Below, piece by piece: positions 24,290-35,113 of a stretch of 64,000 nucleotides of DNA. The notes beneath the pieces are model-generated. The model searched no databases. It was given only the letters and a program-made list of their open reading frames with translations, and had not been told where the DNA came from. Both the position numbers and the translations under genes were made by a program. The DNA comes from Hyaloraphidium curvatum SAG 235-1 (Eukaryota > Fungi > Monoblepharomycota): positions 1,543,649-1,607,648 of the forward strand of contig JAIVFI010000001.1 of assembly GCA_025558095.1 (NCBI GenBank), read 5' to 3'. The stretch's first letter is position 1, and every line of letters starts with the position of its first letter.

Positions 24290-25299
24290 TGTGGTGAAGC
24301 TGGGTATTGCTCAGGTTGCCGTCTCCCGCCATTCGGCCCGCCTTCTTGTAGCCACGCCGCTGTGCGGTGGATTCGCCGTCGACGATTCTTCGAAGGGGGC
24401 TCGGCGGCTGAACTCCCTGGACCCGGTCCGGGCACAAGTCCACTTCTCAGAACATCGTTCGATGTGACTCTCCGCGGCTCACTGAGGGTAGCGGGGCTCC
24501 ATTCAGCGTCGGCCACCACTGTCCGAGGGCAAATCGGGTGCCAGGCGGTGCTACGCGATGCAGCTAGGCCTGCTGATGGAGGGACCCCATTCGGTGCCTG
24601 CGTCGAGGACTAGCACGGCACGCTGTACTCCACGGACGCCGTCCAAGACGCGGAATTTGCGTTTCGGAATGGTTTCGGTTGGAATCGGTGCAAGAGGAGA
24701 GGTAGATGGGACCAAGGCAACACGGAGCCAAACAGTTGTCCTTTCCGGCCACATCGTTCACGCTTCGCACACTGCTCTGCTCCTTGCGGTCAGCTAGAAC
24801 TTGACACCGTGCCATCCTCGAGAGTGTATGCAATCTCTGCTTCCGATCCTTCGACCCGACGAATCGGAGGAGGTCGGCCACGCGCAGCAGGAGCTCCGGC
24901 GGAACGCGAGGTCCCTCGTCCTCTCCCTCGCAGTACCTTCGCCGGAGGAGGTCTCACAACCGAGGACAGGAATGGACAGGCCCGAGCGCAGCAGCGCGTC
25001 CTTCAGCGCCTTGTTCTCGAGTTCCAGCTCGGCGACGCGCGGCGCAGCGCGTCCATTGCCTTCGCCGCCGCTAGCCCCAGGGTCGGGCTCCGTTCTTCGT
25101 CGTCCTCCGACGTCAATTTCACAGTATGGCGATACGGGCCGGGGAACAGATCGGGGCCGAAGTGCGAAGGCGTGGCAGTGGCGAGGGGGCCGCCCGAGGT
25201 CGCCCGCCAGCACATAGTACCTAGCAGTCCTTGGGCCGCGCATGCTTCTTCAACTATCGTTGAAGTGCTACCCAGACGGTCTATCCGATGTCTGCGCTG

Positions 25300-26379
25300 C
25301 TACAGCCTCGTTGCCCCCTCGCTGGCCAACTTCGCCCCCGCCTCCCCCGCGTCGAACTCGAACCGCCCGCCCTTGTCCACGATCCGCCCCGCCGTCGGGC
25401 TTGGGAAGTGCGTCCCGATCACCAGCACGCCCTCGGAGGCCCACTTGCTGTACGACCGCACGCGGGTCTCGCGCGCCATTTGCGGGTTCCAGTCCAGGTA
25501 GAAGCGCGTGGTGGGGGCGGCGATCTGGAGGGGGTCTGTTGCAATGGGGCGGGTCAGCTGCCGTTCCATCACCGGCAGAGGATGAGGAACCCACTGTGGG
25601 TCATGTCGCCTGTGATCAGCGCCCGTTCGCCCTTGGAATCGATCCGCAGCGTGACGTGCCCGGGAGTATGCCCCAGAGTGGCCTCGAAGTACACGCCCTC
25701 GCAGATCCGGTGGTCCAGCGGCACCAGGTGCGCGAGCCCGGCGTCGACGATGGGCTTGACGCTGTCCTCGAAGATGGGATCGCCGTCCGGGTATTCGGTC
25801 TCCTTCCAGTAGTTGAACTCCTTGTCGGCGAACCTGCGGGCGGGTCAGGCAGGTAGGGCGGGCGCGGGAGCGAGACCCACAGGTATCGGGCATTCTTGAA
25901 GGTCGGAACCCATTTGCCGTCGACGAGCTTGGTATTCCAACCGACGTGGTCGACGTGCCTGCGGCAACTGGGGATCAGAACCACCACCAACCGCGGGCCG
26001 ACAAAACCAAGACCAACAGGTGGGTACAGAAAACCTCGGTAATGGTATCAGGGTGGTACCCGGCCTGCTCCATCTGCTCCAAGAAATTGGTCCGCAGCTG
26101 GTTGAACATCGGGTTCGCCTTCCGCGGCTTGTCGTTCCCGCCGCAGGTGTCCACGACGATGCGGTGCTTCCCGGTGTCGACCACGAGCGCCTGGATCCGC
26201 GCGCGGATCTTTCCGTCGCCCGAGACCCACAGCGGGCGGAGCCACGGGTTCTCCTTGGCGAGCTGGAGCACCGAGGCCTTGGTCGCGTCGGGAAACATGG
26301 CCTGCGGCGGCAGCGAGGTCTCGGACTCCTCGATGCTCGTGATCTTCACATCGCCAATCTGCCACCGCAGGAGGACCAT
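25300..26379 (-). CDS. Metallo-beta-lactamase-fold hydrolase, multi-exon
   Basis: IVVDTCGG, CTHL|HVDHVGWNT (HxHxDH split by an intron), PTFKNARY, GHTPGH, ITGDMTH, IGTHFPSPT. Confidence 0.85.
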
Positions 26380-26493
26380 CGTGGCGGCGAGCGGCAGTGG
26401 CAGGAACGGGATGTTGTGTCTCCCGCGGGTGGCAAAGGCAACTGCTCGATTCGCGTCCAAGTCTATCGATACGTTAGAACCCCATCTTGTGCT

Positions 26494-28810
26494 TCAAGCG
26501 AACGTCAGCCCCGGCAACTCGCTCTCGCGGAACTGCTTGAGCGTGTCGAGGTAGACCTTGGTGCCCGAGAGCCCGCCGAAGGGCGCGTTGCGGCCCATGA
26601 AGGCCGACGCCAGGCCGAGCTTGCCCTCATCGTTGTAGCTGGACGACGATGTCAGCTACGTGCCGCCAGATGCGTGTGGGAACCCACTATCCGGGAGTGC
26701 AGTTGGCCTGCATCGCCATCGCCTCGTTCGCCGTCTTCATGTGCTCCTCCAGCCAGGCCTCCTCGGCCTCGGCAGTGACCTCGACCGTCTTGGCGCCGCG
26801 CTTCTCCGCTTCGGCCACGATGTGCGCGACGTTGGTGACCATCTCGTCGATCCCCTGGGTGTTGGAGATGGTGACGACCGCCTGCGAGATCTGCGGCGCG
26901 GGTATGGTGAGCCCTCTGTCCCAGAACGCGCGAACAGGATGCCGCACCTGGATGAAGAAGGCGTTGGGGAAACCTGTGGTGAAGATCCCGTGGAGCGAGA
27001 TCACCCCGTCCTTCCACTTCTCCGTCAGCGTCAGGCCGTTCTTGCCTGTGAGCTCGAAGCCCTGGCGCCGCGCGTAGCTCGTGCCGAGCTCGAAGCCGCA
27101 GGCAAAGACGATGGCGTCGAGCTCGTACAGCTTGCCGTTGGCGACGATGCCGTTGGGCTCCACGCGGTCTATGCCCTTGCCGTTGGTGTCCACGAGGTGC
27201 ACGTTGGGGCGGTTGAAGGTCTCGTAGTACTCATCGTTGAAGGTGGGGCGCTGGAATGGGAGCGAAGTTAGCGGCGGCATGAAGATCGCCCAACAAGAGA
27301 CGTACCTTGCCTATTGAAAGTACCCGCAAAGGCAAGACAAGGAGGTGAGCCAACAAGCACGAAACAACAACAAAGGGGAGCACAAACAGAAATAGAAGTA
27401 CCACGGCTTCAGCTTCTCGGCCGTCTCCTTGTCCTTGACGATCTCGTCCACGCGCTTGCGCAGCCTCTCCTGCCACGCGTCGTTGGCCAGACCCATCCGC
27501 TCCACCATCGTCTCCGGCGGGCCAGCCATGGCGGCCTTGCCGACGAAGATCGACGCCCACGTCCAGCCGTCGTTGACCTGCGGATCCGATCAACTTCCGC
27601 CGTTGCCGGAAAGGGAGCGGAAACCCACGTCGTTCCCGTCCTCGGGCACGCCCATAATGATGTTCTGGAACTGCTCCCGGCGCCGCCTGGACCAACCCGG
27701 CTTGAGGTTCTTGGCCCACTCGGGGTCCGTCTTGCGGTTCCCGCGGATGTCGACCGACGAGGGGGTGCGCTGGAACACGTAGAGCTCCTTGGCCGCCGCG
27801 CCGAGGTAGGGCACGGCCTGGATCGCGGTGGCGCCGGTCCCGATGATCCCGACGCGCTTGTCCTTCAGGTTCTCGAGCTTGGGGCCGGTGTAGTTGTAGT
27901 CCCTGGCTCGAAGATCAGCCCGTGCTGGTACCCGATCGACGGCGGCACCCACCAGCGCGACGTGTGCCACGCGTGCCCCTCGAACGAGTCGATGCCGGGC
28001 ACGCCGGGCAGCTTGAGGCGGTGCAGCGGTCCCGAGCAGATGATCACGAAGCGCGCGCGGATGTCGTCCCCGCGGCTAGTCTCGACCGTCCAGCGCGACG
28101 CGGCCTCGTCCCACTTCATGCCGAGGATCTCGGTCTGGAACAGGGCGCGATCATAGAGGTTGTACTTTTTGCCGATCGACGACAGGTAGCTCCTGATCTC
28201 GTCCGAGTGGGCGTAGCGTTCGGTCGGGATGTAGCCGGTCTCGTCGAGGAGCGGCAGGTAGATGTGGGACTCGCAGTCGCACTGGGCGCCGGGGTAGCGG
28301 TTCCAGTCTGAGCTCGGCGTTGTGGATCAGTTCGGCGAGAGAGGGAGCGGCCAGGATGGACCTACACCACGTCCCGCCAAAGTCGCCGGCCTTCTCGATC
28401 ATCCGGATGTTGGTCACGCCCTTCTCCTGCAGACGGACGGCGGCGAGGATCGCCGCGATCCCCCCGCCCACGACGACGACTTCGGTCTCCTCCTTGATGG
28501 CGTCGCGCTCGAACGGCACGGCCCAGGGGTCTTTGAGGAAGGCGAGGTGGTCCCCGACATTCTCGTACTGCGCGGTGCCCTTCGGGTTGAGGCGCTTCTC
28601 GCGCTCCTCGATGCTGTAAAAGCCAGGGAAGAAGAGGAGGCGACCGAGGGGGGAGTCGGGGGCCGGCAGCGCGAGAGAGTGAGTGGCGCCATTGGCGGAC
28701 GGGGGACAATCGGGAGACACGCACTACTTGCGGTGGAGCGCGTCCGGGTCGAACGACGGGTGCTCGAAGTCGAGCACGGGCTCCACGTAGGTGTACTCGC
28801 CGTGCGGCAT
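26494..28810 (-). CDS. Baeyer-Villiger monooxygenase (flavin-containing), multi-exon
   Basis: VVVGGG, GDFGGTW|.[24 protein letters not shown] (BVMO fingerprint variant), [28 protein letters not shown]. Confidence 0.9.
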
Positions 28811-29516
28811 CGCGGAGGCTGCGGTCCGAGGTGTCGGGGGGGGCAGGCGGGAACTCGGATCAGAGGCAAAAGAGGTGGCAGTCACTTGCCACGCGCCTGA
28901 ACTCCGAACCACCGATCAATGTCCGACCCGCCAAGAATGATCGCAGTGGGTAAAGAATAGAGTCCCAATTCCTCGAAGACACGAAGTTCTTCTACGTCTG
29001 CACGATTGCAGCCGCCCGGGCACGAGGGTCGGATCAAAGCGACCGCTCGGGCGCCCATCTCCAGCAGCCGCTGGCCAGCATCCGCTCCACCTGCGTCTGC
29101 CTCCGGCCCCGCAGTCGCCGGTGATAGGGGAGGCAACAGTCGCAATGAAGGCGAGCCGAATGTCGGACCGGCGAAGGGAGTTCTCGGTTCGGTCCTCGCG
29201 GATCGCCCGGGCCACCGGAGCGTCCCATACCGCGGTCATGGCCTTCGCAAGTCCACACCGGTGACGATGCCCAAAGAGTATTGTGCGATCACTCAAGCTC
29301 CTGGCGCGGGCGATGCAGGGAACTTCGGAGGGCTCGGTGCTCGAGAAGAGTGGGTCCGGGTGGCCAAACGGCAGAGGAGGAACGTTGCGCCGTACCACTC
29401 GGACTGGGTGGCCCGGGGAGACGCGCACTTTGGCTTGGCCGCGCGGGAACCTCCTTGCACAGGTGCCGGGCCCTTGGCGCGATCTGCCTGCGGGTGCATG
29501 GAGGCCGGCGTCGCGC

Positions 29517-31166
29517 CTAACGTGCCTCGGGCGGCTGCAACACGGCACCGCACGACCCCTCCTGCCCGGCAAACCGTCCCCACACCTCGGCCCATCCGCT
29601 CGCCATAGTGCTCCCTCGGATCACGGTCCCCTTGTCCGCGCCTTCCATCCACGGTTTGTCGCGGTAGACCCAGTGGAGGGCCTTTGCCCCCGCCCACGCG
29701 GCGGCCGCCTCGCCGGGCCGGGAGGGGGTCCCCGCGACCACGGCGTTCCATTCCGCACCGTGCCACGCCGTGAAATTGGCAAGCAGCGCAACGAGGGGAA
29801 CCTGCGTGTGGGCACGGTACCCGCCGACGGCGGCGTTCAGGGCGGCCAGGCGGTGCGCGGCGTCGGCGAACCCAATGCTCCGGAGGCGGCATGCGTGGAC
29901 GGCGTACACGCCGACGTTGGGGAGCGGGAGATCCGAGAGAGCCGCGGCGGAGGGGCCTCCGGCGAGGGCCGTGAGGTGCCCCGCGCGGGCCACGTCGCGC
30001 GCATCCAGCCACGAGGAGACGGGCCGCGGGTTTCAGGCGAACGAGGCGGCGGCGTGCCGAGACCGAAGGAGCGAAGACACAGGACCGTAGCGAGGGAGGT
30101 ACCAAGACTTCATCACCGCGGGGATCCTCTCCGATGCGGCTAGGGAGTGACTGGGCGCGGGGTGGTCCCGCGTCGGGTCGTCCAGGAGCAGCGAGTCGAG
30201 GTCCATGACCCAGACAATATCGCAACCGAGCTCGGGCCACAGCGCAGTGAGCGCCAGGCGCGCCGAGTTGGAGCGATCGAAGAGGTAGCGGGCTGCGTGG
30301 CTCTGCGCGCGGTTGGGCGGCGGCAGAAAGGAGGCAGGAGGGAGACGCCGCACGTGCAGAGATCCACCGCGACCTCCCCGGGAGGCCGATCCGACCAGCG
30401 AGAGCGTGTCCAAGTCCGTGGCGTTGCCGTCCGTGGCGTGGAACGTCGCCACCGAGCGGACGGCGCCGTCCGCCGCGTCCTGGCGGACGAGCCCGCGGCA
30501 AACGAGATAGCGGATCAAGATCCGGGGATCGTCGCCGCACAGGACGTAGATGTCTGGCTGCGGGGTGTCGGGCGCCACGGCCATTCGTACTGAGGTGATG
30601 GCCGCGGCGAGGCCGAGGCGGTACGCCGAGCTCCCGGCGCCGAGCGAGAGGGCCACCTTGAGGGGCCGCACGTAGGGCCGTCGCGAGCGCAAGAACGCGG
30701 GGTCGGCATCGCAGGAGGCTCCCCCCGGCGTCCCCGACAGGCGGCAGTCCGGCAGGAAGCGGTTGGGGCGGTCGTCCGCCGCCGGCGGCTCCACAACGGT
30801 CGCGGGGCGACGCCACGGCATGGACGCTGCCGCGCGGATGCGGCCGACCTCGTCGTCCGAAAAGGGCCGCCCCGTGCCCGCGTCGCCGGCGTCGTCGGCG
30901 TCCGTCCGCCGGCGCGGGTCGAACGCGGCGCGGTCGCCGTCAAACGCCCGCCGGTCGGCCGCCACGCGGGTCGCGGCCGAGATGATTGCGCGGCGGCACG
31001 CGTCGCCCACGTCGGGCCGCGTGCCGTCGCCGCAGACGGCCGCGAGCGCGGCCGCGAACCGCGCCTCCGCCCCGCCGCCGGGGAGCCGCAGCCCGCCGAG
31101 GGCGTTCGCGAGGAGCACCAGCGCGGCGCCGACGGCAATGGGCGTCGCCGCGCTTCGCAGTCGCAT
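29517..31166 (-). CDS. Glycosyltransferase family 8-like type II membrane protein with an in-frame TGA at 30033-30035
   Basis: NSARLALTALWP...WVMDLDSLLLDD (DxD), NVGVYAV, EWN, ALHWVYRDKPW. ORFs 30033..31235 and 29517..29993 are in the same frame. Confidence 0.65.
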
Positions 31167-31532
31167 CGCTGGTCGGAGGAAGGTCTGCTCTGGTAGACAC
31201 TTTCCGTCGGCGTTCGCAATAATGTCCGCCGTCATGTCTTTCCGCCTGGACGATCTTCCGCACCTCGCGCTGTTTCCAGCACGTCCTCGCCGCCCAGTGC
31301 TCCAGCCCGCCGTATTACGTCAGCGAGGCGTGGGCGCAGGCCGCGAAGTCCCCCGTCTCCCCCTCCTCGAACGCCCGCCGCTCCTCCTCGGGTGGTGGCA
31401 ATTAGGGACACAATGCCCCGCCACGACCCTTTCCCCGCCCCCCGCTCACAACGACCTGCCGTTCCTCCGGTGTCGCGACGGACGCAGTGCGATGCGAAGA
31501 TTTGGGGATGCACAGCGTTTCCGTCGCCAACG

Positions 31533-32990
31533 CTACGCACGAACCGCCGGCAGGTTGCCCGGCAGCGCCAGCGCCGTGCCCCCCGTCCCGCGGCACTCCC
31601 CGTCCTCGGCCATCTCCCCGATCATCCTCGAGAAGGTGCTCGACAGCGTCCACCAGACGCGGGATGCGCACGACAGCGCGAGCTGGGTGAGCAGCCCGCG
31701 GATCACGTACGCAAGGGGGGTGCGCGGGCAGGCGCCGGGGAGCCACGGGTCGAGGAAGGCGGAAACGGGGAGGGCCGAGGAGACGAGGCGGCGCGCGTCG
31801 TCGCGGCCGTCCGTGGCGACGACGAGCGGGAGGTCCGTGCGGAGGAGATCCGCGGCCACGGGGGAGAGGGCGGAGAGGTTTGCGCCGCACGGCCGGTCCG
31901 GATCGTGTTGCCAGATCATCCGGCAAACGTTGCCGAGGTCCCCCGTGCGGAACTGCGCCGCCGCGAAGGGAGGGACGGCGGGAATGCCGCCGGGGGGACG
32001 GTCGAGGCAGTCGTGAATCGCCCGCAGCTGGGAGAGCGAGCGGGGGGAGACGCCCGTGGCGGCCAGCTGCCGCGCGTCCGTAGCCAGCAGCCGCACGACA
32101 AAGGCGGTCATGGAAGGCACGCGCGCCGGTGCGGCCCAGGGACTCGGCCGGCCGCCACCCAGTCCCGCGCTCCGCACGAGGAGCTCCTTGGCCATGTCAA
32201 ACAGCCAGGGATGGAACCGGATGTCCCCGCGGACGGCCCCCGGGCGGGCGAAGCCGCGCGAGTCTTCGGTGAAGAAGAGGTGCAGGGGCACGGGCACCCC
32301 GACAAACAGAACCCTGCTGCGATCGCCGGGCAGGGAGGGGGGAACGGGGCGTCGACGGGGGTTTGGAGCGGCACGACGCTCCAGCAGACGTCCGTATCCG
32401 ACGGCGAGGTATTCGGCGCACCGGAACCCGCCGTACACGTCCGACGAAAAGTCCGCCCGGCGCCCGGTGTAGCGGTAGCTCTCCGCCGCACGGGAGGCGT
32501 TGGCGCGGAACGGCAGGAACCGGCGCCGCATGTAGCGCGCGTCCAGCATGCACGGGACGCTCGCGTTGCCGAGCGCCGCGAGCGCCCCGGGCTCGTCGAC
32601 CCACAGCGGCGCGCCGTCGCCCCAGCCGTCGTCCAGCGTGCCCACGCGGAGGTCGAACAGCGCTCCGGCGTCCGTGTTTGGGGTGCGCCAATCCTCGGCG
32701 AGGCACATCTTGGGCAGCGCGGCGCGCACCGCGGCGCACCGCAGGCCCGCCGGCCGCCCGTCGAGCTCGAAATCGAGCGCATCAAAGTTGCGCGCGAGGG
32801 CGGCGAGGCGGAAGAGCGCCGCGTAGCCGTTGGCCGCGCCGTTTGCGCCGTGCGGGCACAGCGCGGCGACGAGCACGCAGCGCGCGGAGGGCGCCACGGC
32901 GGCGGGCCGGCGCGGCCGCAGGAGGGCAAGGAGTGCCAGGCTCGCGGCGGCCGCGATCGGGACGCGTCGGAGGAGCCGCGGCGCCCGCAT
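31533..32990 (-). CDS. O-fucosyltransferase-like (GT-B) type II membrane protein
   Basis: N-terminal TM. QFRTGD, LVVATD and TQLALSCASRVWWTLSSTFSRMI match the three GDP-fucose-binding motifs. Confidence 0.6.
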   Translation of the reverse strand: MRAPRLLRRVPIAAAASLALLALLRPRRPAAVAPSARCVLVAALCPHGANGAANGYAALFRLAALARNFDALDFELDGRPAGLRCAAVRAALPKMCLAEDWRTPNTDAGALFDLRVGTLDDGWGDGAPLWVDEPGALAALGNASVPCMLDARYMRRRFLPFRANASRAAESYRYTGRRADFSSDVYGGFRCAEYLAVGYGRLLERRAAPNPRRRPVPPSLPGDRSRVLFVGVPVPLHLFFTEDSRGFARPGAVRGDIRFHPWLFDMAKELLVRSAGLGGGRPSPWAAPARVPSMTAFVVRLLATDARQLAATGVSPRSLSQLRAIHDCLDRPPGGIPAVPPFAAAQFRTGDLGNVCRMIWQHDPDRPCGANLSALSPVAADLLRTDLPLVVATDGRDDARRLVSSALPVSAFLDPWLPGACPRTPLAYVIRGLLTQLALSCASRVWWTLSSTFSRMIGEMAEDGECRGTGGTALALPGNLPAVRA

Positions 32991-33780
32991 CCTGCCGACG
33001 GAAACCCGCCCGACGAGACAAGTCTGAGGCCTTGGCGTCGACCTGCGCTCCGACTCCTTCGGCCGCGCGTTCTCTGCTTCAAGCACCGGAATCCGCCGGC
33101 AGAGCTCCGCAAGGCATTACATCGAAGCCACTCGTATGTTTGCGCGATGCCAGCCGCCCGGGCACGAGGGTCGGATCAGTCGCTCGAGCGCCAATCTCCC
33201 GAAGCCGCTGGCCAGCAGCCGCTCCACCTGCGTCCTCGTCTGGCCCGCAGGGGAGCATCCGTTCCTGAACTGGGGCTCCGCGGACCCGACCCCGTTGAAG
33301 CACACCTCCCGCAGCGGCCGTGCCCTCGAGAGCTGTGAATATGCCCTACAAGGCTGCCGAGCCCGAAGCATTTTTCGGTGAGCTCGTACGCGGCCTTGCG
33401 CCTCTAACCTGGCGGCACGATTGCGCGGATCAGACGGCCCACGACGCGCAGAGAGACGTCCTCTCGGGCAAGGGGGTCGTGCGCCATCTCGGACTTGCGG
33501 TCCGTCCACAGGTCGTCGGCGTCCGCGGCGGAACATGCCTCCAAGTCTGACGACGAAGGACCAGAGCTGCACCGTGCCCATGCCGGGCACCTTGGCCAAA
33601 GCTACCCGGGGCAAAGACTCGGGGGACATTCATGGGCGCGAGCATGGTCCCGGCAACCTGGGTCCCCGAGTGGCGATCTCCGACAAAGTCAAAGCAGCAC
33701 GATAGAACCGAGACGAATTCAAAAAGAAACTACGAATGCAGCTCATTATTCGATCCATGGCGGTGGCCGGCGTCCCGCCC

Positions 33781-34974
33781 TCACAGCGCCTGCCCCCCCT
33801 TGTCGATGCTCGCGAAATCGAGCTCCTTGTCCTCGGCGATCTTGGCGTTGGTGAACCAGTGGTGCGTCTCGGCCCACTTGAGGCGCCACTTGAGGTCTGC
33901 AGTGCAATGGTCAGAGGGACGGGCACGAACGGCAGTCGAGGTCGGACCCACAATCGTCGGCGGTGCCCATGAGCAGGTCCATCAGCGGGAACCCGGCGTT
34001 GATCCCGTAGTTGCCCTCGAACGCGCGGTGGTGGTCTGCAGCGCGGACGGGTCAATGACATAGTCCCGCCCTGCCCCGGGTGACCCACGGTTGTGGAACA
34101 GCGCATTGGTGCTGAACGGCAGCGCGTAGCCCGAATGCGACGTGACGGTCTCGAAGTACCTGTACGCGATGAAGAACCACGCCGTGCTCGGGTGCACCGG
34201 CAGCAGCTGCATCGCCAAGCCCGCCGGCGCGTTCTGCCACACGTGCTCGAACGGGGTGGCGTAGAAGTTGGCGACCGAGAAGGGGTTCGAGTGCACGTGG
34301 TGCCGCTTGTGGGCCCAGGGGTAGAGCCACGGGAGATGCATCACGCGGTGGGACGTGTAGAGCCAGAACTCGAACCAGAGCTCGCAGAGCAGGTACTCCT
34401 TGACCGATTGGACGGCCGAGGGGATCTTCGTTGCGTGCTCGACGCCGCCGCGGCGGTACCAGATGGGCGAGACGACGTACTTGCTGACCGGGCCGAGGAT
34501 GAGGTACGTCGAGGCCAGCTGTCGACCACGAAATGAGCCTAGTTGAAGGAAGAGCAAGGGGCAGCAACCAACGTTCAGCACGGCAACTTTCGCCCAGTAG
34601 CTCGCCGGCGGCGGGTCGCGCGGCTGGATCCGGCGGCGGTAGAGCCACTTTGGCCACTTGAGCAGGTCCGGCACGGCGAACAGCAGGCTCATGACCCAGA
34701 AGGTCGCGAACCCGATCTTCCCGGTGAGCCCGTCCATCATGTAGCGCGCCCGCTCCAGCTTGTCCGGGAACCGCTCGACCAGGCTTTTGTAGAAGCGCCT
34801 CCCGAGCTCCGACTTGTTGAACGCGACCAGCGCGGCCAGGAACGCGAGCGTGGGCACGGCGTCGAGGAGGTCGACCATGTATATCCACCACGGCAGCTTC
34901 CAGCCCTTCGCCGCCGGCACGGCCGCGGGCTCGTCGGCGTCCGGTGCCAGCGGCTGCGACTGGACCGGCGCCAT
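33781..34974 (-). CDS. Fatty acid hydroxylase / sterol desaturase family protein (C-4 methylsterol oxidase-like), multi-exon
   Basis: His boxes HRVMH and HKRHH, plus YATPFEH and SHSGY; TM helices. Confidence 0.85.
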
Positions 34975-35113
34975 GTTGCTCGGCTGCGGAGGTGGCGCCG
35001 CACTAGTTGGGAGACCGGGTGGCAAGGAAGGGACCTGGCCGAAGTCTCTCACACATGGACCCAACTCAAATAGAAGCCTGACAGAGGCCGATCTCCGTTG
35101 ATGGCACAAGTAT

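Noticed and set aside
24794-25243. Small coiled-coil ORF (VAELELENKALKDALL)
   Set aside because: No recognisable domain or clear gene structure.
8760-30035. UGA=Trp genetic code (TGA at a Trp position at 8760 and in frame at 30033)
   Set aside because: Many genes here end in TGA, Trp is otherwise TGG, and the 8760 case lies in a copy with several other lesions.
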